From Candidatus Poribacteria bacterium (GTDB lineage Bacteria; Poribacteria; WGA-4E; PCPOR2b): a stretch of 64,000 bases of DNA. Both the position numbers and the translations under genes were made by a program. Shown here in pieces: positions 30,317 through 39,870 of this stretch; positions within the stretch are counted from its first letter, which is position 1, and each line of letters starts with the position of its first letter. The notes under the pieces are model-generated. The model had not been told where the DNA came from. It did no database searches and worked only from the letters and a program-made list of their open reading frames with translations. The stretch covers positions 3,552,001 through 3,616,000 of the forward strand of contig OZ244042.1 in NCBI GenBank assembly GCA_965215015.1. Direction: 5' to 3'.

Positions 30317-33300
30317 CTTCTATGAACAGTTAAGTTGACTAAGTTGGCTTGATAGAGCTCTTCTAGAGATTCAAGAATCTCTTTAGTTGAGTTGAAGTTT
30401 CCATCGCTAAGGAGTCTAACAATCAGTTCGGTGAAGTCCTCCGTGTGTGTTAGCTTATTTCGTAACCTTTGCGCTTTTAGGCTTAGATCTGGTCTCAACG
30501 CGTCCAGTTCGCGTTCAATCTGTTTCCGCCTGTCAGCGAGGGGCTCCCCCTCTTTGAGTTTTGAAAGGAGTTTATCAACCCATTCGGACAATTTTATATC
30601 AACTTCTTCTGGCATAAATTCACTGCAGACATGCTGAAATCCGTCATCTAGTTTGCCTAAATCTTGGCGCAACTGAACTGCTTTCGCTTTCAGTGCCTCG
30701 GGAACGTTAAAAACCTCAATTGGCTTCAGCAGTTCGCGTTTCCGTTGATCGCTTTCGGCTTGTACCTTATCAACCATAGATTTCAACTTTTCTACTGCAT
30801 TTTCGCGTACTTTTCGGTAGCAGCCTTCACTATCGATAGGATTGAAATCTACCAGTGGTGGTGTATCAGACACGCGTCTCAACTGCTCTACAATGCTGGA
30901 TTGGTAGGCGATAAATGCGTCTTTCCTTCCCGTTAGCAACTGATCGAATTCATCCTTAATCGCTGAGCACAGCGTTTTAAAATGCTCATGGTTCCCCAAA
31001 ACGTCCTTGAGGCTTAACCGCTTCTCGGCGAGATGTTGCCTTATATCCCGCTGCACAATATCCAGCCGATCAATGAGATTCTGCACCGCCGCGTCTTTTA
31101 CACTGTCAGCCATAAGCTGTCCATTACGCTCTATTTCGCTGGCTAAAACGCGCCATCGCTCAAAAAGCAGAAAGAGTTCCTCCACATTTTCACCGTCTTG
31201 CCCAAGTCTGCTCATGTCAGTCTCAATTTGGGCACGAGCACCTCGCAACCGAGTGGCAGTTTCAATGGCATTCTGCGGCGTTACATCTGCTTGGTATTTA
31301 ACGATTTCTCTATTGCAGAGGCCCTGAATCGTTGCCTGAATCTTGCCAATATTCTCTGAAAGCTTTGTATAAGCCAATTTCACTTCGGGCTGGATACTTT
31401 TCTGAAAAAGAATCGTAGAAAACTCAGTTGTGGGATAACCAGTCGTCTGTTCTAAGACTCGCGGCACCTCACGGCGCAGTGTTTCCACCTGATTAATCTT
31501 CCGGCGGAGGTTATCATGCTCAGTCTTAACCCATTCTGCACAGTGATTCTTTAGGTTCGTCTCAACCGAATTCAGTTCCTGCCGCAATGCATCTTTCTGT
31601 ACTTCGTCGTTTTCAATGCTGATGGTATGCGCTAAGGCTTGCGCGGCGGAGAGGTTCTCGCATTTGAAGGTAAAGCCGTTTTCCTGTGCCAAGGCAACAA
31701 TCCGTTCCAAACATTCCAGTTTGGTTTTCTGTTCGGCAAAATTGATGAACGTCTCTACCAGATAGAGGTGCGATGTACCGGCTACGTCTTTTCTATCTGC
31801 TATCCCGCGTGCTTGGAGCGTTTCTATCAATGCGTCAATCTCTTCTTCAAGATACCCTAGTTCGGCGGCTTGCCTATGAATTGCAGAGAGTTTTAGAGCG
31901 TTGGCCTCGGCTGCGCCAATCGTGAGCGTCTCCGAAGTGTTCTTGAGCTGCTCAAGGAGGCGTTTTTCAAGTGGATGGAGGGTAAAATAGACAGCCACTC
32001 GTTTGTTATTCTTTCGCGGCTCAATGCCTTCAGTGAGCGTGTTCCCAGAACTATCTATTTGGTCAATTCGCAACAGTTTCTGACCTGCATCCTTGTAGAA
32101 GTTTTGAAAAGCGGTCATTTGCCCCATATTGAACAGGTTGTGAACCTCTTGGTTAACTGTCAGAATCGGTTCAGTACCGCGCTTTCTGCCGAGCGTGGTC
32201 TGCCGGCTGAGGGCCTCCCGGTAAGCTCCTAAGTACCTCTGCCAATTGTTGGATACCGCTACTGCCGAATATTCTGGAAATTGCTTTGGAATTAGACCCC
32301 TGAGTACACCTTCAACGAAACTCCTCCCCCCGGGCACCGATGCAAAATCGGTGGCAAGTTCGGAGGGGACGAAAATAGCCTCTGCCTTAATCTCCGGCGA
32401 AAAGAAATAGTGGACAAGTTCATTGAGAATCCGTTCTTTCAGAAAATTAACTTCGGTTTCCTGATTTTCCCGCTGCACGATAGCCTGCGTTGATTCATCA
32501 TCAAAAAAGTTCAATATAGAAAGCAAAAGCAGCGGCGTTATTGACTCCGGCAGGAATAACTCCCCCAATTTGCCGATGTCTTCCGGAATTGCCTGTGGGT
32601 TAATTGGTTTTTTCATGTTAAAGCGAAACGCAAGACTGGTGGCCTCAATGTGGCATGTGTTGCGTACACTCTGAATCATGTCCAAAGTAAACCGGATATA
32701 AAGCGAACTTTCGGAGGCTTGGTTTAGATGATGTGGAAATATTGCCTCACGCGTCTGTGATTCCATTCCAATATCAACGGTTAACGTTCGCTCAGGATAC
32801 TTCCGTAAGAGAGTTCCTCTCAAATCCATTATCTGGCGTTCTGCATTTCCACGTCTGCCGCCGCGCTCAATCCAGCCTTCGCGCCCCGTTTTCAGAGTTA
32901 AAATTGTTGGAATCACCTGCTTGCGAAAAGCACTGACTGCCTCCCGATGTACCTCGGGATTTGTTGGATTAAACGAATCTTTTAGCAACTTAAGAATTTC
33001 GTTCAGTTTGTCTACCCCAAGCAAATCGTCTCGGTAACACACCAGGGTTGGCCGCCCGGTTACCTTTGTGATAACGTGTTGTCCCAAAAGGGATTGGACA
33101 ACAGTTCCTCTCTCCGGATCCGGAATGCCGTGCTTCTGGACTACCTCTGGTGGGACTCCCTCTGCTGGATGGACACACAACAATTTGACGAGTTTACGTC
33201 TCTCGTCATTGTTGATAAGGGGCAATTCCATTATTTGGGCATGTGCTTGCACCGTTTCCGTCTCTTGACTGCCATAGGTAATGTGTCCGGAAAGGTAATC

Positions 33301-34368
33301 TTCACAGAAATCAAAGAGAGAATAGGGCTGCTTATTCTCTGTATAGTGAAGTGAGGCACGACTGAACGTCTTCACTACCGAACGTGGGCCGCTCATCAGA
33401 TCTCTCGCTCGGGAATGCCGTAAAAACTGCCCGAGTGCGTTCAAAACGTCGTCATCAATCGCGGCTTTCTCTGTGGGAGATAACCCACGTGAAATCGCCA
33501 GCTTGTTCCAGAGATGCGATGCAAACTCAGTTTGCCCGTAGAATTGCTCCAAGTCGATCAGGCTTCCCTCCGGTTTATTAAACCGCGCGAGGATGTGTTT
33601 CGCCCGTCTATCAATGTCGGCATGCGTCTGGCGATAGGTGAAGGCAACACAGCCGATTGGGAGCCTCTCTTCACCGTGAATTCCAAAGATAAAATCTTTG
33701 AGATAATTGTAGTTCTGTGCAGTATCCAGATTGTCCTTAAAGAGTTCAAACTCATCCGGCAAAATCAAGAGACCCTTGTAACCTGCCTTCAAGAGCGTCT
33801 CAGTAGCAAAGTGAAGGTAATCCAAGAGTTGGCGTGGTGAGAGGGTATCTAGGAGTCTCCCCTCCGCTTTCAAACGTGTGATTGCTCTCCGCGCCTGTTC
33901 AGAGGTGAGTTCTTCTTCACGTGCCATTCTCTGTGCTAATACCTCTTCGTCAACTTGGACAACCGCCCTATGCTTCTGCTCTAAATTGGGGATAAGTTCC
34001 GGCCGCGTGGACTTTAAGCGGTAGCAAACCCATCCGTGCGTTGCGGTGAGCATATCGGCGAGACTGTTCCATATAAATGGGGGCACGGCTACAACACCCT
34101 GCGCTTCGGCGTATTTCCACAACGATGCTCCGGTAGATGTCTTGCCGTAGCCGGTATCCGCATAGATTAACCCGGTGGTAGATTGCCCTTTCAGGAGATT
34201 GTTAAGGATTGCAGCCCATCGACTCTCCACATCTGCGATGGCAATGTAGGTGGCGACGTGATACTGAAACTTGCGTTCCCACTCTTCGGGTGCGCTTGCT
34301 ACGTCGTTAGCTGATGGCGTGGCAATAGTGGGTTCTTTGTCAATAATATCGGCAAGTGGCATAGGCAT
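30313..34368 (-). CDS. Large P-loop ATPase with coiled-coil C-terminus (BrxC-like architecture)
   Basis: 1351 aa; Walker A ADTGYGKT, Walker B LLILPDEFE, long heptad-rich C-terminal half, wHTH-like tail. Confidence 0.78.
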   Translation of the reverse strand: MPMPLADIIDKEPTIATPSANDVASAPEEWERKFQYHVATYIAIADVESRWAAILNNLLKGQSTTGLIYADTGYGKTSTGASLWKYAEAQGVVAVPPFIWNSLADMLTATHGWVCYRLKSTRPELIPNLEQKHRAVVQVDEEVLAQRMAREEELTSEQARRAITRLKAEGRLLDTLSPRQLLDYLHFATETLLKAGYKGLLILPDEFELFKDNLDTAQNYNYLKDFIFGIHGEERLPIGCVAFTYRQTHADIDRRAKHILARFNKPEGSLIDLEQFYGQTEFASHLWNKLAISRGLSPTEKAAIDDDVLNALGQFLRHSRARDLMSGPRSVVKTFSRASLHYTENKQPYSLFDFCEDYLSGHITYGSQETETVQAHAQIMELPLINNDERRKLVKLLCVHPAEGVPPEVVQKHGIPDPERGTVVQSLLGQHVITKVTGRPTLVCYRDDLLGVDKLNEILKLLKDSFNPTNPEVHREAVSAFRKQVIPTILTLKTGREGWIERGGRRGNAERQIMDLRGTLLRKYPERTLTVDIGMESQTREAIFPHHLNQASESSLYIRFTLDMIQSVRNTCHIEATSLAFRFNMKKPINPQAIPEDIGKLGELFLPESITPLLLLSILNFFDDESTQAIVQRENQETEVNFLKERILNELVHYFFSPEIKAEAIFVPSELATDFASVPGGRSFVEGVLRGLIPKQFPEYSAVAVSNNWQRYLGAYREALSRQTTLGRKRGTEPILTVNQEVHNLFNMGQMTAFQNFYKDAGQKLLRIDQIDSSGNTLTEGIEPRKNNKRVAVYFTLHPLEKRLLEQLKNTSETLTIGAAEANALKLSAIHRQAAELGYLEEEIDALIETLQARGIADRKDVAGTSHLYLVETFINFAEQKTKLECLERIVALAQENGFTFKCENLSAAQALAHTISIENDEVQKDALRQELNSVETNLKNHCAEWVKTEHDNLRRKINQVETLRREVPRVLEQTTGYPTTEFSTILFQKSIQPEVKLAYTKLSENIGKIQATIQGLCNREIVKYQADVTPQNAIETATRLRGARAQIETDMSRLGQDGENVEELFLLFERWRVLASEIERNGQLMADSVKDAAVQNLIDRLDIVQRDIRQHLAEKRLSLKDVLGNHEHFKTLCSAIKDEFDQLLTGRKDAFIAYQSSIVEQLRRVSDTPPLVDFNPIDSEGCYRKVRENAVEKLKSMVDKVQAESDQRKRELLKPIEVFNVPEALKAKAVQLRQDLGKLDDGFQHVCSEFMPEEVDIKLSEWVDKLLSKLKEGEPLADRRKQIERELDALRPDLSLKAQRLRNKLTHTEDFTELIVRLLSDGNFNSTKEILESLEELYQANLVNLTVHRR

Positions 34369-34378
34369 TCCTTCTTAA

Positions 34379-35209
34379 TTAAAAATCTGCAATTTTCGGT
34401 TCGCGCTCAATGACGAGATAAAGTCCCACTGTCCGCTGGACTGAAATATACGAAAAGCGGCGGAGCGTCTCATTGAGCATAAAATCAAATTGGTTTTCTT
34501 CAATTAGGCAAAAGCGGCAAACTGATAATCTCCGCGCCGCGTCAATTGCTACCAAGTCGCCAAATTCGTTTCCGGCTTCTCTAGCCATCCAACTCAAGCC
34601 CATCAGAAACAGGGCTGGCGAGCAGGAGGCACGCCGGGTAAAGATAGCACCTCTAAAATTCCTTCTGCCGCCTGAGGTCTCGCTAATACCTTGGAACACA
34701 GGTGGCGAGAGCGGCAAGAGCCAATCATACGCCCCTTTAACAGATTTACTATCAAAGGCAGCATTCCCGATATCAAATTGACTGTTATTCCAATCTAAAA
34801 GACTATCATAAATGTGAGCTACCAAATTCTGATCTTCGGGTAGGGTTTGATAATCCCAAAGATAATTACACACCTGTTGGTAAGCCCAGGATGCAATATG
34901 CTGCTCGGGAGTATATTGGCTCCACAAGCCATACTGCAACCCATGCAAAACATCAACGGCAGCGTTCGAGTTCTTTTCCCACAAGGAATAGAATTCGTTT
35001 CCCTCCGGAGTGAGTTTCTGCTGTGCGGATTCTGCAAGTCCCCATTCGCTGAGCAACAAAACGATTTCGTAGGCCTTATTAGTTACGGTAAAGCCTTTTT
35101 CGCGGACAGCGCGAACCATATCACGCCGCTGGAGACCTGGCTTGTCTTTCAGAACCCATAACGCACTCTCTAGGTCCGAAAAACCTTTGAGGATATGTAG
35201 TCTTGGCAT
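34379..35209 (-). CDS. Hypothetical protein, probable winged-helix (BrxA/DUF4007-like position)
   Basis: 276-aa ORF in the operon; L.EWGL......LTPEG wing motif; family assignment inferred. Confidence 0.6.
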   Translation of the reverse strand: MPRLHILKGFSDLESALWVLKDKPGLQRRDMVRAVREKGFTVTNKAYEIVLLLSEWGLAESAQQKLTPEGNEFYSLWEKNSNAAVDVLHGLQYGLWSQYTPEQHIASWAYQQVCNYLWDYQTLPEDQNLVAHIYDSLLDWNNSQFDIGNAAFDSKSVKGAYDWLLPLSPPVFQGISETSGGRRNFRGAIFTRRASCSPALFLMGLSWMAREAGNEFGDLVAIDAARRLSVCRFCLIEENQFDFMLNETLRRFSYISVQRTVGLYLVIEREPKIADF

Positions 35210-35223
35210 ATTCCTATTTAATC

Positions 35224-36801
35224 CTAGCTATGTATTGGTAGACCGGTTATTTCTAGCATTCGATAGTAGTGTGGTGAACACTCCTTCAGAATTCCCCATT
35301 GTGGCTCACGGTAGTGTGCCACTAGTTCTGCCATCACCGTCAGGTTGTGCATAATGCGGAGCCACCTTCCGTCCCCGTCTGAAAGTTTATTAAAGGATTC
35401 ACAAAACGGACAGCGATGCCCTGTCTCCAATTTGAGGGGCTCAAGTTCGTCTTTATAGATGTGAGTGTACCCGCGGGTTTTGCAGTCAATCCTTCGACCA
35501 AAGACGAAGGGAAAGAATATAGTGCCATATCCTCCCGAACGCATCCAACTGTTGGAGTCAAAAGTACTGATTCCGATGCTTGCCAAACAGAAGACAGCAG
35601 GTGGTGATGAGATGCCGAAACTATGGAGCGCAGTACCGTTGAGTTGCGATGTTAGCTTGCTTAACAAACTGAGCACATCCGCATTGAGTCGGTTGATAGA
35701 ATTCGTGGCACCGTTAGTTGCAAATGAACCGAAACCGATACGTCTTGACTCAGTAATTAGAGATTCATAGTTTTGCAGACAGTAGTCAAGATGGGAAGGT
35801 TGTTTAGCATGTACCACCGGCATCACCCGTTCACGAATTTCGTTCGGGCATTGGTAGGTGAAACTTACACTGCCATCAACCGTCTGCCTGATTTTGTCTT
35901 CAGCAGTAGACATGGAGTCTCTGCTAAGCGGTGGATTATCCGGCAGAATGTAAATGTCTGCCCAGTCCTCCGTGTGGTAGATGTCAAGCAATTTCGAGTA
36001 GAGTTCGTTGTAGGTGATGTCCCCTTTCTGGACGAAGTAGCCTCCGGAGTCGAACATGACCTCTTCGGTTTCCCCGGTGCGTTTGAGTTCTCGCACAAAG
36101 GCGAACGTCGTAGGGCTGGCCAGCACAGGCGAGATTAGCAATCTTTGGAACGGATTCGGTTTGCCTCGCGGCCAGTGAAAATCGTGGGCATAGGTATGCC
36201 AGAGCTCGTAGGTTTTCCGTATTTCTCCGGGTGCGATTGTTGCCGAAGCAAAAAAATGGGGAGGATGCACAGGTAAGGTGTCAAAAAATCCGTTTTCGTT
36301 CAATTCCAACCTGCGGGGCAGCGGCGGAAGGGTGTATTGCCACACGTTTAGGGGGCGTTTTTTCCCCGGTTCCGTGCCCGTTCGCTTAAATTGAAGTTGC
36401 TCGTAAAACCTGTTCGCGGGGAGTGTCTGAGGGCATTTGAGCCGCACGTGTACGCCGCCGGCCACATTCACGAACCAGGTTAATCGCTGAATGAGCCGTT
36501 TCCCGATGTTCTGTTTTCGATACGGTTTGTCAACGGCAATGTCGTAAAGCGTCGCGTTGTGATCTTGGCGGATGCGGAAGTTTGCAAATCCGATAACCTT
36601 TTCGTCTCGGACGGCCACGAGAAGCCATTGATTTTTCTGCGCGTCGCGCAAGATGGGTGCCCTAATGAATCCCAATTCTTCCTTATGCCGGTCTGCGACA
36701 GCCTTGGCCCCGTCGACATCTTCGGCCCACGCGAGGCGAATCGTAACAGGTTGGAGCGCGCTAGGCAGAATGTGTGTTTTACTTGGGGATGAGGGCTTCA
36801 A
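35224..36801 (-). CDS. GNAT acetyltransferase fused to a tRNA-guanine-transglycosylase (TGT/DpdA)-like domain
   Basis: GNAT: IAVDKPYRKQNIGKRL, ANRFYEQLQF. TGT: MFDSGGY, ILPD.PP, PVVH, IGFGS, LHSFG, TFDSNSW, HRCPFC...HNL. Confidence 0.85.
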   Translation of the reverse strand: MKPSSPSKTHILPSALQPVTIRLAWAEDVDGAKAVADRHKEELGFIRAPILRDAQKNQWLLVAVRDEKVIGFANFRIRQDHNATLYDIAVDKPYRKQNIGKRLIQRLTWFVNVAGGVHVRLKCPQTLPANRFYEQLQFKRTGTEPGKKRPLNVWQYTLPPLPRRLELNENGFFDTLPVHPPHFFASATIAPGEIRKTYELWHTYAHDFHWPRGKPNPFQRLLISPVLASPTTFAFVRELKRTGETEEVMFDSGGYFVQKGDITYNELYSKLLDIYHTEDWADIYILPDNPPLSRDSMSTAEDKIRQTVDGSVSFTYQCPNEIRERVMPVVHAKQPSHLDYCLQNYESLITESRRIGFGSFATNGATNSINRLNADVLSLLSKLTSQLNGTALHSFGISSPPAVFCLASIGISTFDSNSWMRSGGYGTIFFPFVFGRRIDCKTRGYTHIYKDELEPLKLETGHRCPFCESFNKLSDGDGRWLRIMHNLTVMAELVAHYREPQWGILKECSPHYYRMLEITGLPIHS

Positions 36802-37696
36802 ATTCTAACTCACCGGGATCCGTTTGAGAACCGCAATTTTTGATATGAATCAGCTCATCAACGTTTTTATTTGAAATATCCACAAACTTTGTATTCGTGA
36901 GTTTTGCAGCTTTATACTCTTTGCAAAACCCTTCCATCGTTAGGTTTGAAATAGTATCACTCATATCATATTTTTCCATCACCTGATCTTCTAGGTCCGG
37001 TAAAACATCTCCGCTTTTGCTATAGTCGTGGTAATCTCCGATGGAGATTCCGGCGTTGATAGCCGCACGGAGTAATAATCTAACCTTATTCGAGCCTTTT
37101 GCCTTTAACTCGCCCCAATGGTCTTTCGACCATGATGTTAGGCTCCCGTTACCTTTACTATTACTCCCGATCTGCCCGTTATTCGACGATGATGTTAGGC
37201 TCCCGTTACCCTTACCATTACTCCCGATCTGCCCGTTAGGAGGCTTTTTGGTTTTTCCCTTCAGTCCGGCGTTGATTGACGACGTCCAACCTTTTGATAC
37301 CTTTTCATCGTAGGAGAAGGTAACTGTCATCCTAAGCTTGACAGCGTGCTTTTCATCAATTTCTAACGCATTCAGCTCGTCACAGATATCTGCCAAGGCC
37401 TGTCTGATAGGCGTGTAAACACCGGATTTTGTGGCTTTAGTGTTGCCATCCGAGTCTGTCTTTTCAACAGGCTCCACTGACCACAACTTCGTGACGGTTT
37501 CGATAAAGGTTTTCTGTACAGACTCAAACTCGATATCGTTGATGATTTCATCACGTTTATCGCAGAATTCCTTTACGTTTTCAATGCCGGCCTCTTTGAA
37601 GCCGCCGCTAATAATCAGTGGCGTGAAACTCTGGATTACGGTTGTTTCGTCCATGCCAATGGTTGATTGGATTAAACTTCTAAACGTAAAGCTCAT
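36779..37696 (-). CDS. Hypothetical protein, first gene of the putative defence operon
   Basis: 305-aa ORF with AAGGAAG RBS; overlaps the GNAT-TGT start; no recognisable motif. Confidence 0.7.
   Translation of the reverse strand: MSFTFRSLIQSTIGMDETTVIQSFTPLIISGGFKEAGIENVKEFCDKRDEIINDIEFESVQKTFIETVTKLWSVEPVEKTDSDGNTKATKSGVYTPIRQALADICDELNALEIDEKHAVKLRMTVTFSYDEKVSKGWTSSINAGLKGKTKKPPNGQIGSNGKGNGSLTSSSNNGQIGSNSKGNGSLTSWSKDHWGELKAKGSNKVRLLLRAAINAGISIGDYHDYSKSGDVLPDLEDQVMEKYDMSDTISNLTMEGFCKEYKAAKLTNTKFVDISNKNVDELIHIKNCGSQTDPGELEFEALIPK
37125..37238. repeat. 57-bp tandem duplication encoding a G/S/N-rich linker
   Basis: NGQIGSNGKGNGSLTSSSN / NGQIGSNSKGNGSLTSWSK. Confidence 0.9.
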
Positions 37697-37989
37697 TTTC
37701 TCTTCCTTCTTTAATCCACGCTATACTACTGCTATAGCATAGCGTGAAAGTGAACATCGCCCGGCCCGTTTCTATTCTGATCGGCAGATATACAGAGATA
37801 TAGAATTGCGACTGTATTATCCGTCCCAATCCGAATGTAAAGGAACGCTGATCAAAATTTCGATCAGAGAAATTCTGGTTTACGGATTGCCTAACCGTTG
37901 CGTCCCAAAGCCAATTCACATGCGCTTTTTAATGCGTTAAAGACTGCACTCGACGCTTTGCACACACAATATATCAAAATGTTGCGTAT

Positions 37990-38018
37990 ATCATATACAA
38001 GCAGTTTCACATTGTCAA
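37990..38018 (-). promoter_or_regulatory. sigma70-type promoter facing the defence operon
   Basis: TTGACA-N17-TATGAT on the minus strand. Confidence 0.7.
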
Positions 38019-38140
38019 GTCTATTTTTCACTTTTTGCCAAAACATGGCTGGCGCGGGTGCTGAGTCCTTTTGCTCTCCAAGTGTCTACAGTTTGTGCTA
38101 TTTTACTCATGCCCTTGATCCAAGTTTGTTAATTGGGACC

Positions 38141-38168
38141 ATTATAAGTAAAGGTCAAAAAAAGTCAA
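38141..38168 (-). promoter_or_regulatory. Second upstream sigma70-type promoter
   Basis: TTGACT-N16-TATAAT on the minus strand. Confidence 0.55.
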
Positions 38169-38405
38169 GCTATTAAATAGTGGAAACCCATAGGTACAGG
38201 ATAGCGGCCTAAACCCGCCCCTACGGGTTTTTACGAGGCAATGTCTGGGACACTGCATGCCTGATATAGAAACGCAACGCTGCGTTAAAGGGCATTGACT
38301 GGCAATTTACAACGAAGGATGTCCGGATTTGATTCAAACGACTCTACCTACAAGTAAAAATTGAGGAAGCACGAAGCTCTCGCAGATTCAATAGCTATCA
38401 AGGCG

Positions 38406-39653
38406 TCAATCCGCCTCATAGCCGGTCAATTCGACGTATCCGTGACCGGCGACGGTTGCTCCATCGATCTGCCCACGCACCCGGACGGCACCTTCCCAAT
38501 ACGTGAAGCTCGCGCGCAACTCCTGATTCGGGATGAGCGGTTCGACCTGAAGAGTGATCTTCAATTCTGGAAAGGTTATTTGCCAGCCGGAGGGATAGGT
38601 AGCACCGCTTTCTGGACTCGTCCACTGACGGGTAGAGGTCAATGTGAAATCTGGCTTCCCAACGCGCAGCTGCTGTCCGTTGGGGTATACCAAAGTGCCT
38701 TCAAACGTTTGTGGATCACATGACTGGTCGGACCGACGGAGGCAATACAACATCAATGCAATGCCATCTTCCAACTGTAAGCTGAACCAGTCCCAACCCA
38801 CGAATCCCTCGCCGAGGAAACTGGTACCGAACTCATGGTCCATCCAGCTGACTCCACTTACAGCTACTGTTTTGCCGTTGATTGTGATTTTGCCAGTCGT
38901 TTCCAACTCAACGAGACTATAGTAATAGGTCGCATTCCCCGATTCGGGACCCTTTTGGCTCAATCCACGGTCTCCGTGCAGTATCGGTGGGCGCGTCTGT
39001 CGCAAGTTGAGTGATAACCTAATGTGTGGTTCTGCCTCGATAAAATGGGCATTTGAAGCAGCCTGCAAGCGCATCACTCCTGACTCTGCTTCCGTGGCAG
39101 ACCAATCTTCCAGCCAGACTTTGTAGGTTGGATCTCCTGTCGCTCCCGCCAATCCACCTGCCCCCCGGCTCCTGCGTTCAAAGCAGAAATACTCGTTGTT
39201 TGCTGCGTCTGTAAGAGCAAAATGTCCCATGTAAACTTGGTTTGTGGCGAAATGTGAAATCCGCTCTGGCATCTGAGGTGTCAGCGCAAAGCGGAAAAAG
39301 GTTAACTGATAACCGAAAGCCCCCCCATCGTCGGTGTGTAGATTGCCCGTATAATACCACCATTCGATTTGATACTCCGGATGTGCCCCGTGATCGCGTG
39401 GGAACTGAAGCGGCATCGGTTCAAGGGCCCGAGCGAATCTTTTATCGGTTTTGCTGCTCAACACATCAGCAACACCGGCGGAATTTCGCTGTGCCTCCGC
39501 AAAATCTGCGCTTCCAATTACCACCAGAATTACAGTCCATAAATGGAGAATGAAGCGTAGACTGACGGATAGCCATTGGGTCAATGGGATTGTCAATTCT
39601 GGTACACTCTTAGAGATTTTTGTGTTTACAAAACTGGTTGACTGATGTAACAT
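38406..39653 (-). CDS. AttH/CrtC-like lipocalin-domain secreted protein
   Basis: FPRDHGAHP...EWWYYTGNL, YYYS, SWMDHEF, GWDWFSLQL, YWEGAV, GYVELTGY. Confidence 0.88.
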   Translation of the reverse strand: MLHQSTSFVNTKISKSVPELTIPLTQWLSVSLRFILHLWTVILVVIGSADFAEAQRNSAGVADVLSSKTDKRFARALEPMPLQFPRDHGAHPEYQIEWWYYTGNLHTDDGGAFGYQLTFFRFALTPQMPERISHFATNQVYMGHFALTDAANNEYFCFERRSRGAGGLAGATGDPTYKVWLEDWSATEAESGVMRLQAASNAHFIEAEPHIRLSLNLRQTRPPILHGDRGLSQKGPESGNATYYYSLVELETTGKITINGKTVAVSGVSWMDHEFGTSFLGEGFVGWDWFSLQLEDGIALMLYCLRRSDQSCDPQTFEGTLVYPNGQQLRVGKPDFTLTSTRQWTSPESGATYPSGWQITFPELKITLQVEPLIPNQELRASFTYWEGAVRVRGQIDGATVAGHGYVELTGYEAD

Positions 39654-39870
39654 ACGCCTGTTCAGATATCTAAGTTGCTCCCTGCTACCTTGCTGAGGCT
39701 TTAATATTTCGGAAACACGCTTTTATTCACGTAGCACTCCTCCCTAATAGGATTGGGATTCAAAGCAACTTGAAACCTTTGTCGTTGGAGAGATTTTAAT
39801 CTTCGTCAGATTCTAAACCTTCGGAAGGCTTTATCCACAAACACAACTTGATTGATGAGGAGTAAACCCT

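Noticed and set aside
35224-36801. Housekeeping queuine tRNA-ribosyltransferase (tgt)
   Set aside because: It lacks the N-terminal TP.FMPVGT segment, carries a GNAT fusion and lies in a PglZ/ATPase operon.
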